Assembly (NCBI GenBank): GCA_965637545.1
Contig: OZ281497.1
Coordinates: forward strand, 29,016,001 to 29,080,000
Direction of reading: 5' to 3'
DNA: 64,000 nt
Origin: Phallusia mammillata
Lineage: Eukaryota
Numbering within the stretch: position 1 is the first letter of the stretch; each line of letters begins with the position of its first letter. This document shows positions 52,098-64,000 of the stretch, in pieces. Below the pieces are notes generated by a model that saw only the letters and a program-made list of their open reading frames with translations, ran no database searches and was not told where the DNA came from. A program made the translations under genes and the position numbers.

Positions 52098-53325
52098 AGG
52101 GGAGATGCGGGACCATTGGGCATGAAGGACCTTTGGGCCATCATGCGTTTCTTTCAAACTGGCCACTGTAGCAAGTTCTCAGTCATACGTTAAAGTACTT
52201 GTGTTGCAATAGTTTTAAAGCTGTAACAACAAGAAGGTCAGTCACTTACAAAAGAAACTGTGAGCAGAACTAAGTTTTCGCAGCTTGAAAGTAAATATTT
52301 TGCTCCTTTACATTTTTGTAATTTCTTTGTAAGAGAAAGCTAGTTAAAACACAAAGTTTGCAGGATATTAGTTAGTTAGTTGTAGCGTTAGATGAGCATT
52401 AGTATGTCTTAAGTTGATCTGTGTAACGTAGTTCAGTCAGATAAGTTCGTAATGGGGGCAATACAGGACCATTGAGCCAGTTGTTCACAGGACCATTGGG
52501 CATGGCCCAAAGGTCCTTTGACTTTACACCTTAATAGCGTTAATACATGCGTTGTGCTTGTGGGTTTTAAGTATGAAATTTTGTGTTAGGCCTATGTATT
52601 TTTGTTGCATATTAAACTGTCAAAAACCTTTACACAAACAAATTGTTATATTAATAGTGTCTGATATTAGTCTAGGAAATCATATAACCTATATCAAATG
52701 CCTACTTTCAAAAAATAAAAATAAACAAAGAAAAGTATAGACATTATACTGACTCTAGCTTGAGAAAAGCTGTTCTAGAGGTTTTTGATAAAAAATGTAG
52801 CACCGGAGAAGCCGCTTTCAGCAACAACATTCCTCGTGCAACTTTGCAAAGATACATCAAAGAGGCGAAATCTACATCAACCCTTAACTTAAGCAGTTAT
52901 GACTTGTGAACTGTGATTTCTTGTATTTGTGGGCCTTTAAAGCTATCGATGGCTGGTTGTATTTCTTTCTTGTGATTAATATTAGATTTCTTTTTCAATA
53001 AAATTGTTCTACTTTCAAACACAACACTTAACAAGCTCCCTCATACTTGGTTTAATGGTCCAATATCACATAAAAATACTAGCCCAAAGGTCCTTTATGC
53101 GAGGCTCAATGGTCCCCAAGGGTAAGGACCTTTGAGCCATATTTTTTGTAATTTTTAAAACGGAATATCCTGCCAACTCATTTCCAAATAAGAAAGTTTT
53201 GCCCTTGTGTAAGTGTGTTAAAACGTGTAGTATTAGTACAGGTGCTCAATGGCAATTTTTCTTTCGAACTCAAAGAAATAGTCATGAAAAACTGAATTTT
53301 GTCCCAATGGTTCCGCATCTCCCTT
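52098..53325 (+). mobile_element. Internally deleted pogo-like (Tc1/mariner superfamily) element with HTH_psq remnant (~52698-52910)
   Basis: ~23-bp TIR AGGGGAGATGCGG(G/A)ACCATTGGG; reads KYRHYTDSSLRKAVLEVFDKKCSTGEAAFSNNIPRATLQRYIK; no DDE domain. Confidence 0.75.
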
Positions 53326-53590
53326 ATTTACCCAAATCTAAACTATAGAGGTGACTTTCAAAAAAATGCTGACAATTTATATGTTCTATATCCTATTTAA
53401 CAATTTACTTAATACATATTTTGTCCTGTTAAGGTAACCACTAGGCTGATTGAGCTTAAATTATATACAAGAAACGCCCCACAAACAACTGTACAAAATT
53501 TTAGCACATCGGGGCAACCCGGGTAAAAAATTGGGTAAATCCAACTAAAAGTCACAATTGATTGAAAATATTTTACAATTTTTACAATAC

Positions 53591-54114
53591 CAAGTATTGA
53601 AGAAAATCAATTCCTTTCAGTTTAAGGCGTTCTTCATCTTCAATTTCATTTTGTTCCACTTTCGAATATCCAGCCTCTTCAATCTCATTCTTTCGTTTTC
53701 TTCCTTTTGGTCTTTCGTTTATGACGGCGCCTGTGTAACAAAGCAAAATAGGTAAAGTGGTGCTTGACGAAAGTTGAAAACTGCAACACAGCTTAAACGT
53801 ATAGAGTTAATACAACCCACATAAAAATTTAGAGAATTACTATTATAATCTGCCCAGGGGTGCCTGAAAATAAAACCAAATATTACACAGCTTTAAATAA
53901 AGTGTGTCCCACATGGCTTCAATATTGTTTAAACTTGTATCTGATTATAATCAATATATATATATATATATTATAAAAAAGTCTTAGTAGATTTACAGTA
54001 GACCTCTCGGAAAAGTTTATCCGGTTGATCAAATTCCAATTTCTTTTTTCTTTCCACTTCTAATTGCAGTTTAGGGGCTCTCCCTCTGGGAAAGCATTCT
54101 TCTGCTTCAGGCAT
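53591..54114 (-). pseudogene. PDCD11: RRP5/PDCD11 5' fragment (exons 54114-53997, 53730-53591)
   Basis: MPEAEECFPRGRAPK...DQPDKLF resembles the RRP5 N-terminus (E.FPRG...D.LF), followed by a basic/acidic exon ending IDFLQYL. No S1-domain exons were found downstream. Confidence 0.6.
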
Positions 54115-54361
54115 TATTGTTTCAATGTTGTATTTAAACCTAACTAGGATGTAGATCACTGATAGATTATTTGATTTTGTTTACCTTTACTGAAAATGCC
54201 TAAAAGCAGTTTGAAAACAGATCAACATGCACGATATACTTTTACTGAGGTTCAGCCTAAATAATATATTGAATGGAGTCTTGCTGAACAACTCAAACTT
54301 TGTATGAAATTGAATTACGTCACAGTGCGAGAGGAATGAAATTGAATTACGTCACAGTCCA

Positions 54362-55530
54362 TTCTACTGCGAAAAACTGCGGGAAAGGGTTTTGATGGCG
54401 CGAATTACCAAACGAGGGAGATTGCGGGACGTCACGGAAACCGCGGAATATCGGGTTAAATTGCTGACGGTTAGTGCTGTAGCGCCACTGTTTCTGCGCC
54501 TAAGGTCCAAGACGCTGCTCTTAACGGCTAGCCGGTGAAACCAGTAAATAGACCGCGCGCTACTCTTAATGCTTTTGCGACACAATATACAATAAGTAAT
54601 CTGGCCTTTGTTCTTGTAATAAAAGCGAACTAAAATGCGCACAGTAACAAAATTGGGCTAACGTTGCACTTAAAAACAGGGTAAGAAAAACGGACAAAAC
54701 GGTAATAAAATTTCTCCAAGTAAAACAAACACGTTCTACAAAGGCCGACCAAGCAAGTCTGCCGGATCGCAGTTTTCACAGCCCTCACGTGAGTGAGCCT
54801 GCCACGAGAAAAAATACCAGTTATTCGAAAGGCTAACTGAGAAGAGTCCGTAAGGTGTTTATAATTAGGGCAACGCGCTGGAATGCCAAGGTAACGCGGT
54901 GGGTTGCAATCGAAACGAATAAGAAAAACAATAAAATAAAATAAAACTGTTATAACTAATTAAAACAAACCACAGGTGAAACAAAAACAAAGAAGATGAA
55001 AAACATACAGTGACGCATCAACAAACAAACGTAGTGCCGGCACAGAAAACAAATAAACAAAGGTATTATGATGTGTGACATACCGGAAATGAATACCGTA
55101 TGACAGTATATTGACGAAGCAACAAATCAAAGCAGTAACCAAACTGTGCAATGAACCATTTTTTATATTATGAGAAACGAACAACATATAGTTACAAAAC
55201 AACAAACAAAACAAGTGGTAAAACAGTGCAATAAAGGAATTAATAACATTATTCGTAACAGTGCTATTAAGGTTGAGATAAAGTTTTAAATAATCAAAAA
55301 ATGTTCCTGTCTAAAACTTTTTCAGCTGTTTCCTGACATTCGGCAAAAATGCTTGGGCGGGAAGTCCCCCTCGGCCCGGGAATGTTTCCGCCGGAAATTT
55401 TAAAATGATTTTCTAGCATAAAACCTCACTCCAACCTTAATAGCACTAACCGTCAGCAATTTAACCCGATATTTTGCGGTTTTCACGATATCCCGCCATC
55501 TCCCGCAATATCCCGCAATACTCAGCGTTT
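54362..55530. repeat. Inverted MITE-like end fragments (54436-54479 vs 55439-55490; 55259-55277 vs 55428-55447)
   Basis: AATATCGGGTTAAATTGCTGACGGTTAGTGCT and GTGCTATTAAGGTTG occur in both orientations. Confidence 0.6.
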
Positions 55531-56569
55531 TAGTGTAGCCAAGTTGGCCCTAGTATTTACATACCCTAGTCTGAATGCGCAATGGCAAAAACAGCAATAA
55601 AAATGGAAAGCTACGTCATCTAGCGGTGGTGTTGTAGTTTTGCAGGGTGAGGGTCATAACAAAAAATTGCCACTTGTCACTTGTCACGGTTGTGCCCGAA
55701 ATCAATCAAGCGCGAAACCAGACAGAAAAAATGAAGCAAACAAACTTACGTTTGAGCGAGCGCGGTACGCATAGTGTAAACGGGCCTTGATACCAGAATC
55801 AGAGGTCAACGCTTCCACCTACAAAATATTGGAAATTATTTCGGATGCAACCTTTTGTAAGAAACTTTACCAACAGCCGACACAAATTGTTTTGCTAGCA
55901 ACAAATCCAGTACAATTATAGCATTTTTACATTTGTGACTTGTTGCTAATTATAACCAACTATCAATTTTTCTATGTCAATTTGTTTAAATCTAACTTGC
56001 ATTAAAAAATTGAAGCCTTCCGACACTTTATGTCACTTCAGGACCGAATTGTTTCTATAACGACGTACTTTCAGCATCAGTTGAATTTTCCATCGGAAAC
56101 GATTCAGTGGCTAACTCGATGCTGTCACCAAGAGTAAAACCTCTACCTATCGGATATGTTCAGTTTCGTGCTTATGGAAGAACTGGAAGCGTTAAAGCAA
56201 TGTGTTCTGCTGTTAAGTAAGTATAGGACTACTGTATATTCAACAGTGTTAGGAATTCCTACGTCGTAATCGTACTACATTGACACAAACATAATTTAAA
56301 CTATTGTTGTAGCTGCAGACTAGCACTCAAACAATCGTTTGGAGCAGTGGCTCTTAACCTGCGGGTGACTATACCGAATGGGTTCTTTGACGTTTTGTAT
56401 AGTCTAATTAGAGTTTCACCACTTACTTTCGTGACGTCACTTATGTGTGACCTCATAGGTGATCGTTTTAATATTTGTAGAGTAGGGGTAAAATAAGGAG
56501 GTGAAATTCATCTGATATAAGCACAGTTTTTTTAGAAATCAAACACTAACTGGTGTAAATTGTTTAGAG

Positions 56570-56645
56570 CAGCGGTTCCCAAACTGGGGTCCGCGGCCCC
56601 TCAGGGGTCCATGAGGCAATTTTGGGGGGACCGCGAAGCGGTTGA
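56570..56645 (+). mobile_element. hAT (Charlie-like) MITE end
   Basis: Starts CAGCGGTTCCCAAACTGGGGTCCGCGGCCCC. Related CAG(T/G)G..CAA(A/C)C ends occur near 4535, 23550, 25005, 31340, 51730 and 56345. Confidence 0.55.
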
Positions 56646-59600
56646 AGTAATTCTATAATTGTATTTGGCGTCAGTTTGTGCCACTAAATAAGTTTTTAGA
56701 ATCGAGTAGAATTGAGAATCGACTGTCTCCATTGCTAAACAATGGCCTTTATTGAATGACAATGATCCATCATTTTATAGCCAACAAGATTGTTTGATTG
56801 TCTTTTTGCAAAAAATGCCGTATGTATATTTTCATACCGCACGAATAATGAGGGTCTGTGCAACATTTACAAATTGCAAACAAAGAAAATAGTTAACCGG
56901 CATTATTTAGCTGTCGTCGGTCGGTTGCATTGATAAGCAATGTTGCTAAAGGTATAAAAACATAAAGAAGATTTTTTTCATTCAGTATAAAAGCATGTTC
57001 AACAAGGTTAGGTATACCGAGTAAAAAATGATGCTCTCGTTAGTTTAAGTCAAATTAATACTATTGACAACAAATCCGAATCTCGGGGCAAAATTAAAAA
57101 GAACTAGGAATAAATCACCAATAAGAATCTTTAAAGCAGGGTGGTAAAATTTTCGCTATGACGGCTGCATCACAAGTCCTTAGTTCACCAATGGAAAAGT
57201 GTCCCCATGTTTTTAGTTTATACATCACTGATGTAAAGGAATTATAATATCATATCTCGTAGTAAGCTGAAAGCGTAGATATATTTTTAACATAATCCGT
57301 TGATTTAGCTGAACAATTTGGTAAAAATTTCTAATTCCATTATTTTTTTCCCGCCCTTAAAAAATATTGCACAAAATATATTACGTCGGTGAAGGCAAAT
57401 GTTTCGCAATGATACTTGTTTTGCTGCGTTTTAGCACAAGCAGAGTACAACCCGGATGCTTATAGTCTATAGTCATCACATTGTCGTCACTTCGGTTTGC
57501 AAACTCTCATGAGCAACGCACAAGAAACGCCAAACAATTACTAAAAATAATTCACCAAAGAGATTTTCCGAAATTTTTAGTTTCATCCTAGTAGTTTTTG
57601 CAATGACACTCTATTACAAGCAAATTTAACTTTGAAAAAAGTTAATACTCTACAAAACTAGAAAATAATTCTATTCAATTTTTTCTCCATTATTTTTGTT
57701 TGATTTTGTCATTTAGAATCCTTTTGTCAGCTGAACGATTTTTTATAGCTATTTTACTTTTTAAACAGAAAATATATGTAGTACACTAATATAACGTGCA
57801 TCTTCAGAGAAATTGCTTGTACAATTTGGAAAAATGAGAGTTATTTTACTGCACATTTCTGTTGATACAAAAATACGAACAACTACATTGTTAGGGCGGT
57901 AGGTCATTGCCAGCAAAACATTGGCTGTATTTTTGCTTTAATCTATCAGTGCTGTAAGTTATATTCCAAACAATGACCTATGTGATACAGCGCTGTTTAA
58001 CACCAGTAACTCTCAACGGAAATTTTATTGCTGTTATAATGGAATAAATTTTCTCCATACACGCGATCTATGGTCTTAATAGTGCAGCTGGTTACAAAAC
58101 ACTGACCGTATAAGATCGAAACGCCAATGCGAAGACATTATTGCAAACAAATCTGTATTAGCAAGTCTTTCGAATTCTTAAGGTCCTATAGACAATGGCT
58201 GTTCAACAAATTTAGGGCATTTCTGGTGGGAAAACACAGCCATTAATGCTTAAACGCTCGTTAGTAAAGTCAAGATTACAAATCATAATGATGAGTCACA
58301 TCGCGTATGATCTGGTGGTACGTTTTTTGTAGGTTTGAAAGTTTAAAAGATTACATCAACACATTGTTGATGCAAAACTGTTTATTGTACTCTATTGTTG
58401 ACACGGTTTTATTAATATATGTTACTCATTTTCTTTTGGCCTAGGTTTTTTTTGCAAACGTTTTTCACTGGTGTTTTCGAAGAAACTTCCAACGCTATTA
58501 CTCTCGAAAATCTAGGTTGATTATAAAGCGAAAAAGCAGGTTTGGCATCTCTTCATCGCTGCGAACTTTTTAAACATCATGTTTATTCCTGATATTGTTT
58601 TGCAAGGTAGTATATATAGACAAGTCAAAGCTAAAAAAGGACTGTCGACACCTGAGAAAGAAGTACGCACTTGTTTAGATAGACAGCAGTTTGTATTTGA
58701 GGGACAAACAAGGTGTGCTATATTAAAAAGTTAGGTTGATAGTATGATTAATATTCGCTTCTGTTACTTAGATATTTCAACCTGCGTACTGCAATAAACC
58801 AAAGCATCGCGAGTAATTTCCAAGTGTGCCTTGAAGAAAATTTGTTTCAAAATATTTTTGCATATGTTTGAAATGCCTTGCACATCTCGAGAACTTTACT
58901 TTATATTTCTTACCAAAAGCAATTTTATAAATATTAGGAAACACAACACAGACCAATACCTAGACAACATTGCAGTCAGAAATCAAATTGCAACATACAC
59001 AATTCATTTATCTAATGAATCCTGTTACTCGTATTTATAAACGAATTGTTGACAACAAAATACACACCACGTGGACAGTATTTGCAACCAAGTGCAATCA
59101 TGTATATTGGGATCATGGACATGTACTGTTTCTCTGAACAGTAGCTCCTAAATTGCTTCACAGAAAGTGTTTCTTAAGAATGAACATTCTACAGAGGAGA
59201 TAGCAGTGACCACCATGCATATCCTATTGTTGACAAAGAAAAGCTAGTTACTGAAATAAAAATGTTTCTGTAGATCTGATGTTAATGGTTATTTTGAAAA
59301 TAATCTAAATGATGTTTTGTAGTAAAATAAAATAAGTAAAATTACTAAGATGAAAAATCCTTCTTGCCAATTCCATGAGTCTTTCAAAGGCAAAACGGTT
59401 CTTTTTCGTTTCGAGTCTGTGTCACGTGTGTTTTTGTGTAACACGGTATTACTGCACGTTATTGAGTTTGGCCCTTTGCCATGCAAGTACACAAAATTTC
59501 CCAATGATATCGTCTGCTGTTTATACTGTACACTAATGCGTAACGAAAATCACCATGGAGTTGCTAATTAAGATTTGTATTACTTGTTCTTCTACACAAA

Positions 59601-61946
59601 ACAATGGCTGGAAATCTAGAAATGTGGCTTTTCTATATATTACCAACTCATATATGTTCAATAAAGGCTAAAATATGGAGCAGCACCCCCAGAAATTTTA
59701 GGCACGAGCCGCCACTGCTCCTGTCATGGGTCGAATCCCACCGCAGGCTAGATTTTTCTAGCCTATGCCTTGTCATATGGTGGTAAATGCTTGGTGACCG
59801 GCTGCTTCGGCATGGTGCCTTCAATGAGCCTGGCGTACTGTCAGTTACAAATTAATTATAAATTATATGGCATTAGGTGCTACGTATATACTGACACACT
59901 TCTTTTGTTTTCCTTTATTGAGAGGAAAAAAGTGTTGATTTTGTGTTTATAGTTTTAATACTAACAGTTATGTGTTTATAGTTTTAATACTAACAGTTAG
60001 CCAACGTTCGTCCAAGGTGTTGGCCAACGGCTACCCAACTAAGCATTGGAATAAGCATTATGACGCATAACTGATTACAATCAGTGTGTTCCACGACCAT
60101 TGTTTGTGTTCAAGTTGTATTAGGTGTGAAAATGTACAATCTTTCTTACCGGGTTCTATAAACAAGATGACAAAGATAGCCAGATACTTGAAGAAGAAAA
60201 ATGCCATAGTTATCCGTTGTACACAACCTGCTGTTTTTACATAAAAATGTGAACTACCTCAACAACATTTACGCATATTGCTTAACAAACAAACAAATCT
60301 ACTTTACTCATACACTATCTGCAATTACGTATAAAGATTGATTTCAAGTCACTACAACATTTAAATTTATTATAGTTAACCACTGAAAACATACAGTAGG
60401 AGCATCGCCACTACAATAAACAGCACACCTTATTGTAGATACAAACTAATACGTGGCTGTTCCAATACATTCCAGCGTTACGCGACGGCAGATACAGAAC
60501 CCGGAAATCACGCGGAAATCGTCACATGGTTGTTGAGTCATAATCCTGATGTTGCGAACTATTCGTAGGCTTTGGTGTAAAAAACAACCCTTCACGATGT
60601 ACAAAGTGTTAAAGTGACCAGTTGACTTTAACCTGGACTGCACACACACCATGGTGGTTTTAAAGTCGTTTAGAAATCACTACAGTACACTATATATTTA
60701 TGAAATATACATGCAACTGCAAGATTGGTGGTTGTTTACGGTAGTTTTCTTGCCATGGCAAAGTTGTGCACTTTCTACTGGCGGTGTGTGAAGACAACAA
60801 ATTTGATAAGTTACAAAAATATGGTTGTTCAAGATATAGATATATATTTCGTTTAGTGAAGGAGTTGTATTGAATGTATTTCGACACTACGACACTTTAT
60901 GGACCATTAGTAACAAGCGTTGGCTAATACATCTGTGGTTTGTAAGCTCTGATGACTGACAACTAATTGCTGCCGAGCGCGGTACGATTTCCGCTTCGCA
61001 TGCATCGCTTCTTGGAACGAGACCTGTAAAACCGCGCACACAACCTGCGCAAAGAACAAACATCATATTGACCATTGAGACCTCTATAATTTACGCTAAC
61101 ACTCGGGCAGTTTTTTATTCGACCAAGCGACCTTTGAACGCCTTGTTTTGTGTTCATATGATTTACCGATAATATTTGACTTGTGCTTTTCAATAAAGTG
61201 GCCAATGAGGTTACCAACGTGGCGGGATTAACCGTTTAAAATTCCGCCGGATTAACCGTTATGAATACTCATTGGCTGCATTTGCAGTTACTGCATTTAT
61301 TGCATACTCCGCGGTCTGTGAAACAGAAAATAAAAAAATCAATTTTACTAGCATATTCAAAATGAGTTTATTAAAGTACAGACCAATATGGGTCAAGCTG
61401 CAACGAACATTCCAAGCAAAAAATAAAATAAAAAACTGTTCGTGCTACTGCTATGTATATGGCTTAATGCGTCTAACTTACATTCGTAACTGCCTCTACA
61501 TCGAAGCCTCAAGGAAATAACATATTAAACTTTACAAACACAGGATATCGTATTGGTCCCGTTTAAACCACCGTTTAATACAATTAGATGTAGCGGCATC
61601 GGTACAGGATATGCTACGTCACTGTGTTGATCCGGTTTGAATCACCTGCGTTGTGTTACGGGGCATGCAGTGCTTACGGCTTAACACAAATACGAATGGT
61701 TTTAGCAGAGAAGTAGCATTATAATATCAGCTCGGCCGAAAGCAAATGTGTTTGGTTGTACGGGGTTAGATATTAATTTTGTACTGTAAAATTAGTATTT
61801 TGGTGATGTATTCCAAAGCATATGCATTTGCACAACATAATTAAAAGTTTTGGGTGTAAAATTGGTATATTTTTTGTTATATTTTCGTTATATATTCGCA
61901 GTTGATGGTTAGTACAATTAGTCATTTTAAAGAAAGGCGGTTAAAA

Positions 61947-62007
61947 ATGTCATTTCGACTTCTTAAGTGTGCTCTTTTTGTTTGCTTGATAAGTTTGCTA
62001 CACAAAG
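61947..62007 (+). CDS. Signal-peptide first exon, paralog C (MSFRLLKCALFVCLISLLHK|G)
   Basis: Homologous to the exons at 43486 and 46006, including 5' flank and donor. Confidence 0.65.
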
Positions 62008-62192
62008 GTAAGTGGTTTTAAAAAATTTGTTTCATCAAAAAAGTTCTCTAGATTTAAGTGTACTTATCATTTGGAGTTGAGATGGCAAGGTATGTGTGTA
62101 TATATGTGTATATATACAGCATCGCCACTATCTGCAGAAAGCATAAAAATCTCGTGGTAAAAACCAAACACATGAAATATATTAAGTTTATT

Positions 62193-63033
62193 GAGCTCTT
62201 CTGGCAAATGTATTGTTATTTCGACGTTTCGACGCAGGTCGTCTTCATCAGAGTAAAAAACACCGAATGCGACTGGCACAGTGCACGATGAACAAACGAA
62301 AAAAGAATGAAACGCAAGCACGTCACAACGCAACGAAAACACCGCGCGATAACGAATGATTGGCCTCTAATCTTTAAACAGGTGCCTGTAGCACGCTAAA
62401 AACATCACGCCTGTTTTGATGTTCCCGTTGGTATATATTCAATGACTCAAGGAATAGTCTTCTCCTATAGTCCGGCTCCCAGGCCATAACAGACGCCGCA
62501 TTGAAATCAATACCCCTTGCCTTGTAATACCGCCTGATTGGATAGGGTCGACTTCTTCGCGTCGCTGTTGGCAACATCCCGTTTATGTTCTTTTCGGCGG
62601 GTGTTGAGTGACCTTCCAGTTTCCCCGATATATATCAACGGACACTCAGCGCAGCGAATAGAATACACAATACCTCGTTGTTCATAGGTATCGATGGGGT
62701 CTTTCGGGTAACTCAATAGCTGGCGGAGAGTGTTGGCAGGTTGAACGCCTGACTGTCAGAAAAAAATATTTCTTGTGTCATGATATATTCACCTACGGGA
62801 CAACACAATGAACATCAAACCAGATGTGCGTGCTACAGGCACCTGTTTAAAGATTAGAGGCCAATCATTCGTTATCGCGCGGTGTTTTCGTTGCATTTTG
62901 ACGTGCTACCGCTTTATTCTTTTTTTCCTTTGTTTATCGTGCACTGTACTATAGTCGCATTCAAGGTTATTTACCCTCATGAAGGCGACCAGTATAGGAC
63001 GTCGAAACAACAATACATTTGCCAGAAGAGCTC
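62193..63033 (-). mobile_element. 5'-truncated Penelope-like element with inverted pseudo-LTRs and GIY-YIG remnant
   Basis: ~200-bp inverted repeats at 62193-62396 and 62828-63033; reads LLSYPKDPI..QRGIVYSIRCAECPLIYIGETGRSLNTRRKEHKRDV...RRLFLESLNI. Confidence 0.85.
62215..62261 (-). ncRNA. Minimal hammerhead ribozyme in the Penelope pseudo-LTR
   Basis: Reads CTGATGA-A-GACG acctg CGTC-GAAAC-GTC-GAAATAAC; the copy in the other inverted repeat (~62965-63010) is degenerate. Confidence 0.7.
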
Positions 63034-63685
63034 TAAAAACTTGATATTATGCCAGGCAGCAATATCTTATATATGAAATATATTACTGTGCAAGATAGAA
63101 AATAAACAAAAGCCGAAACAACTGAGGTCAGTACTTGGTAAAGGTTTACGCCGCAAACTGTACAATCAGTTGAAAACAAGCGGGTGAAACTTGAATGAGT
63201 TGAGTTTATTTCGCTTGGTCAAATATAACGTAGCGACACAATTACACTGAACAGTCACCAAGCCGGGAACAGCTCCTTAACGTTTGAACGTTACGAAACG
63301 AAAAAACAGTCAAGGGAACAATTGGTAGATAATATCTAAGCGCATTGGAGCTACTCCGTATTATAAAGCGTGATAAGACGGGCTCACAAGAAGGGTAGGT
63401 TGGCGCATTGTGGGCAAACACGAATGGGAGGTACGTTGGTGGAAACAGTCGAGTGGGACATAAAAACTAACCAACCGGTTTAGGGAAAAATGGTGGTGTT
63501 CTACAAGAAATGAAACCACCTTAAGAAACCTTGTGGAATAGTTTCATGCGCCGGAAAGAAGAACACATAAGCTTGGTAGTAATAGTAAAAAATCTAGAAG
63601 CATCGAGCCAATAAATGTCAAGCTGTAGACAGTGCGCAATTTTTCCTCGTATAAGGCCACATTAGTGCACCTGGTGACGAGATAG

Positions 63686-63724
63686 GTGCACTGATGAGAC
63701 CTTATCGGCCGAAACAGTGTCCAC
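63686..63724 (+). ncRNA. Possible hammerhead ribozyme (imperfect)
   Basis: Reads CTGATGA-GACC ttatc GGCC-GAAAC AGT GTC-CAC; stem II has one mismatch and stem I register is poor. Confidence 0.4.
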
Positions 63725-64000
63725 TGTATGCAGCTTAAAGTTAAAAATTGCAGTCATTCACATTAAACGGCGGCGTTGAAAATAATAGTACAGAAGTGAT
63801 AAAACGCAGCCAAATAATCACAAACATACAAATGGATAAACAAGCAAAAAATAGTAAATCATCAAGACAAAATTACAAACACACAAACAGAAAAAAAGAT
63901 CAAATAAACAATAACAAAATAAAAGGGGTAACACACAGCGCGCCTGACAGCAGGAGATGCAGATCATGTCATTGCGACATTTAGAAATAGATCAGTGTAA

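Noticed and set aside
59941-59999. 30-bp tandem duplication; also (TA)n runs near 29230 and 53955
   Set aside because: Ordinary slippage products.
60480-60880. Ankyrin-like peptides (HAEIVTWLL, HGKVVHFLL)
   Set aside because: Short, stop-ridden and lacking TPLH motifs; cannot be supported without a search.

Overview
AT-rich eukaryotic (metazoan) DNA with short GT-AG introns; the gene content suggests a tunicate or similar marine invertebrate (inference). (1) 1-22 kb: tandem cluster of four type-I C-type-lectin receptor genes (signal/CTLD - mucin stalk - TM - Tyr-motif tail with ITIM-, YVN- and YxxM-like motifs) plus orphan first exons. Every copy carries a lesion (frameshift, stop, MULE insertion or hammerhead-bearing mini-insertion). 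(2) 27.5-31.5 kb (-): ZP-domain membrane protein gene. (3) 32523-43194: a complete 10.7-kb KDZ (Kyakuja-Dileera-Zisupton) DNA transposon with ~107-bp TIRs and a 7-bp TSD. It encodes a 14-exon transposase (-) and a convergent intact 10-exon accessory gene (+) fusing an HMG box, a TFII-I (GTF2I) I-repeat and a PHD-like finger; a 195-bp tandem array and a MITE lie between the two genes. (4) 43-64 kb: decayed membrane-protein genes (three paralogous signal-peptide exons, an adhesion-GPCR 7TM fragment, a CUB-like/TM gene), an orphan 5' fragment of RRP5/PDCD11, and many TE relics (Gypsy, pogo-like, hAT, Penelope with minimal hammerhead ribozymes). All exon models were built by eye from splice signals and phase consistency; no database searches were run.
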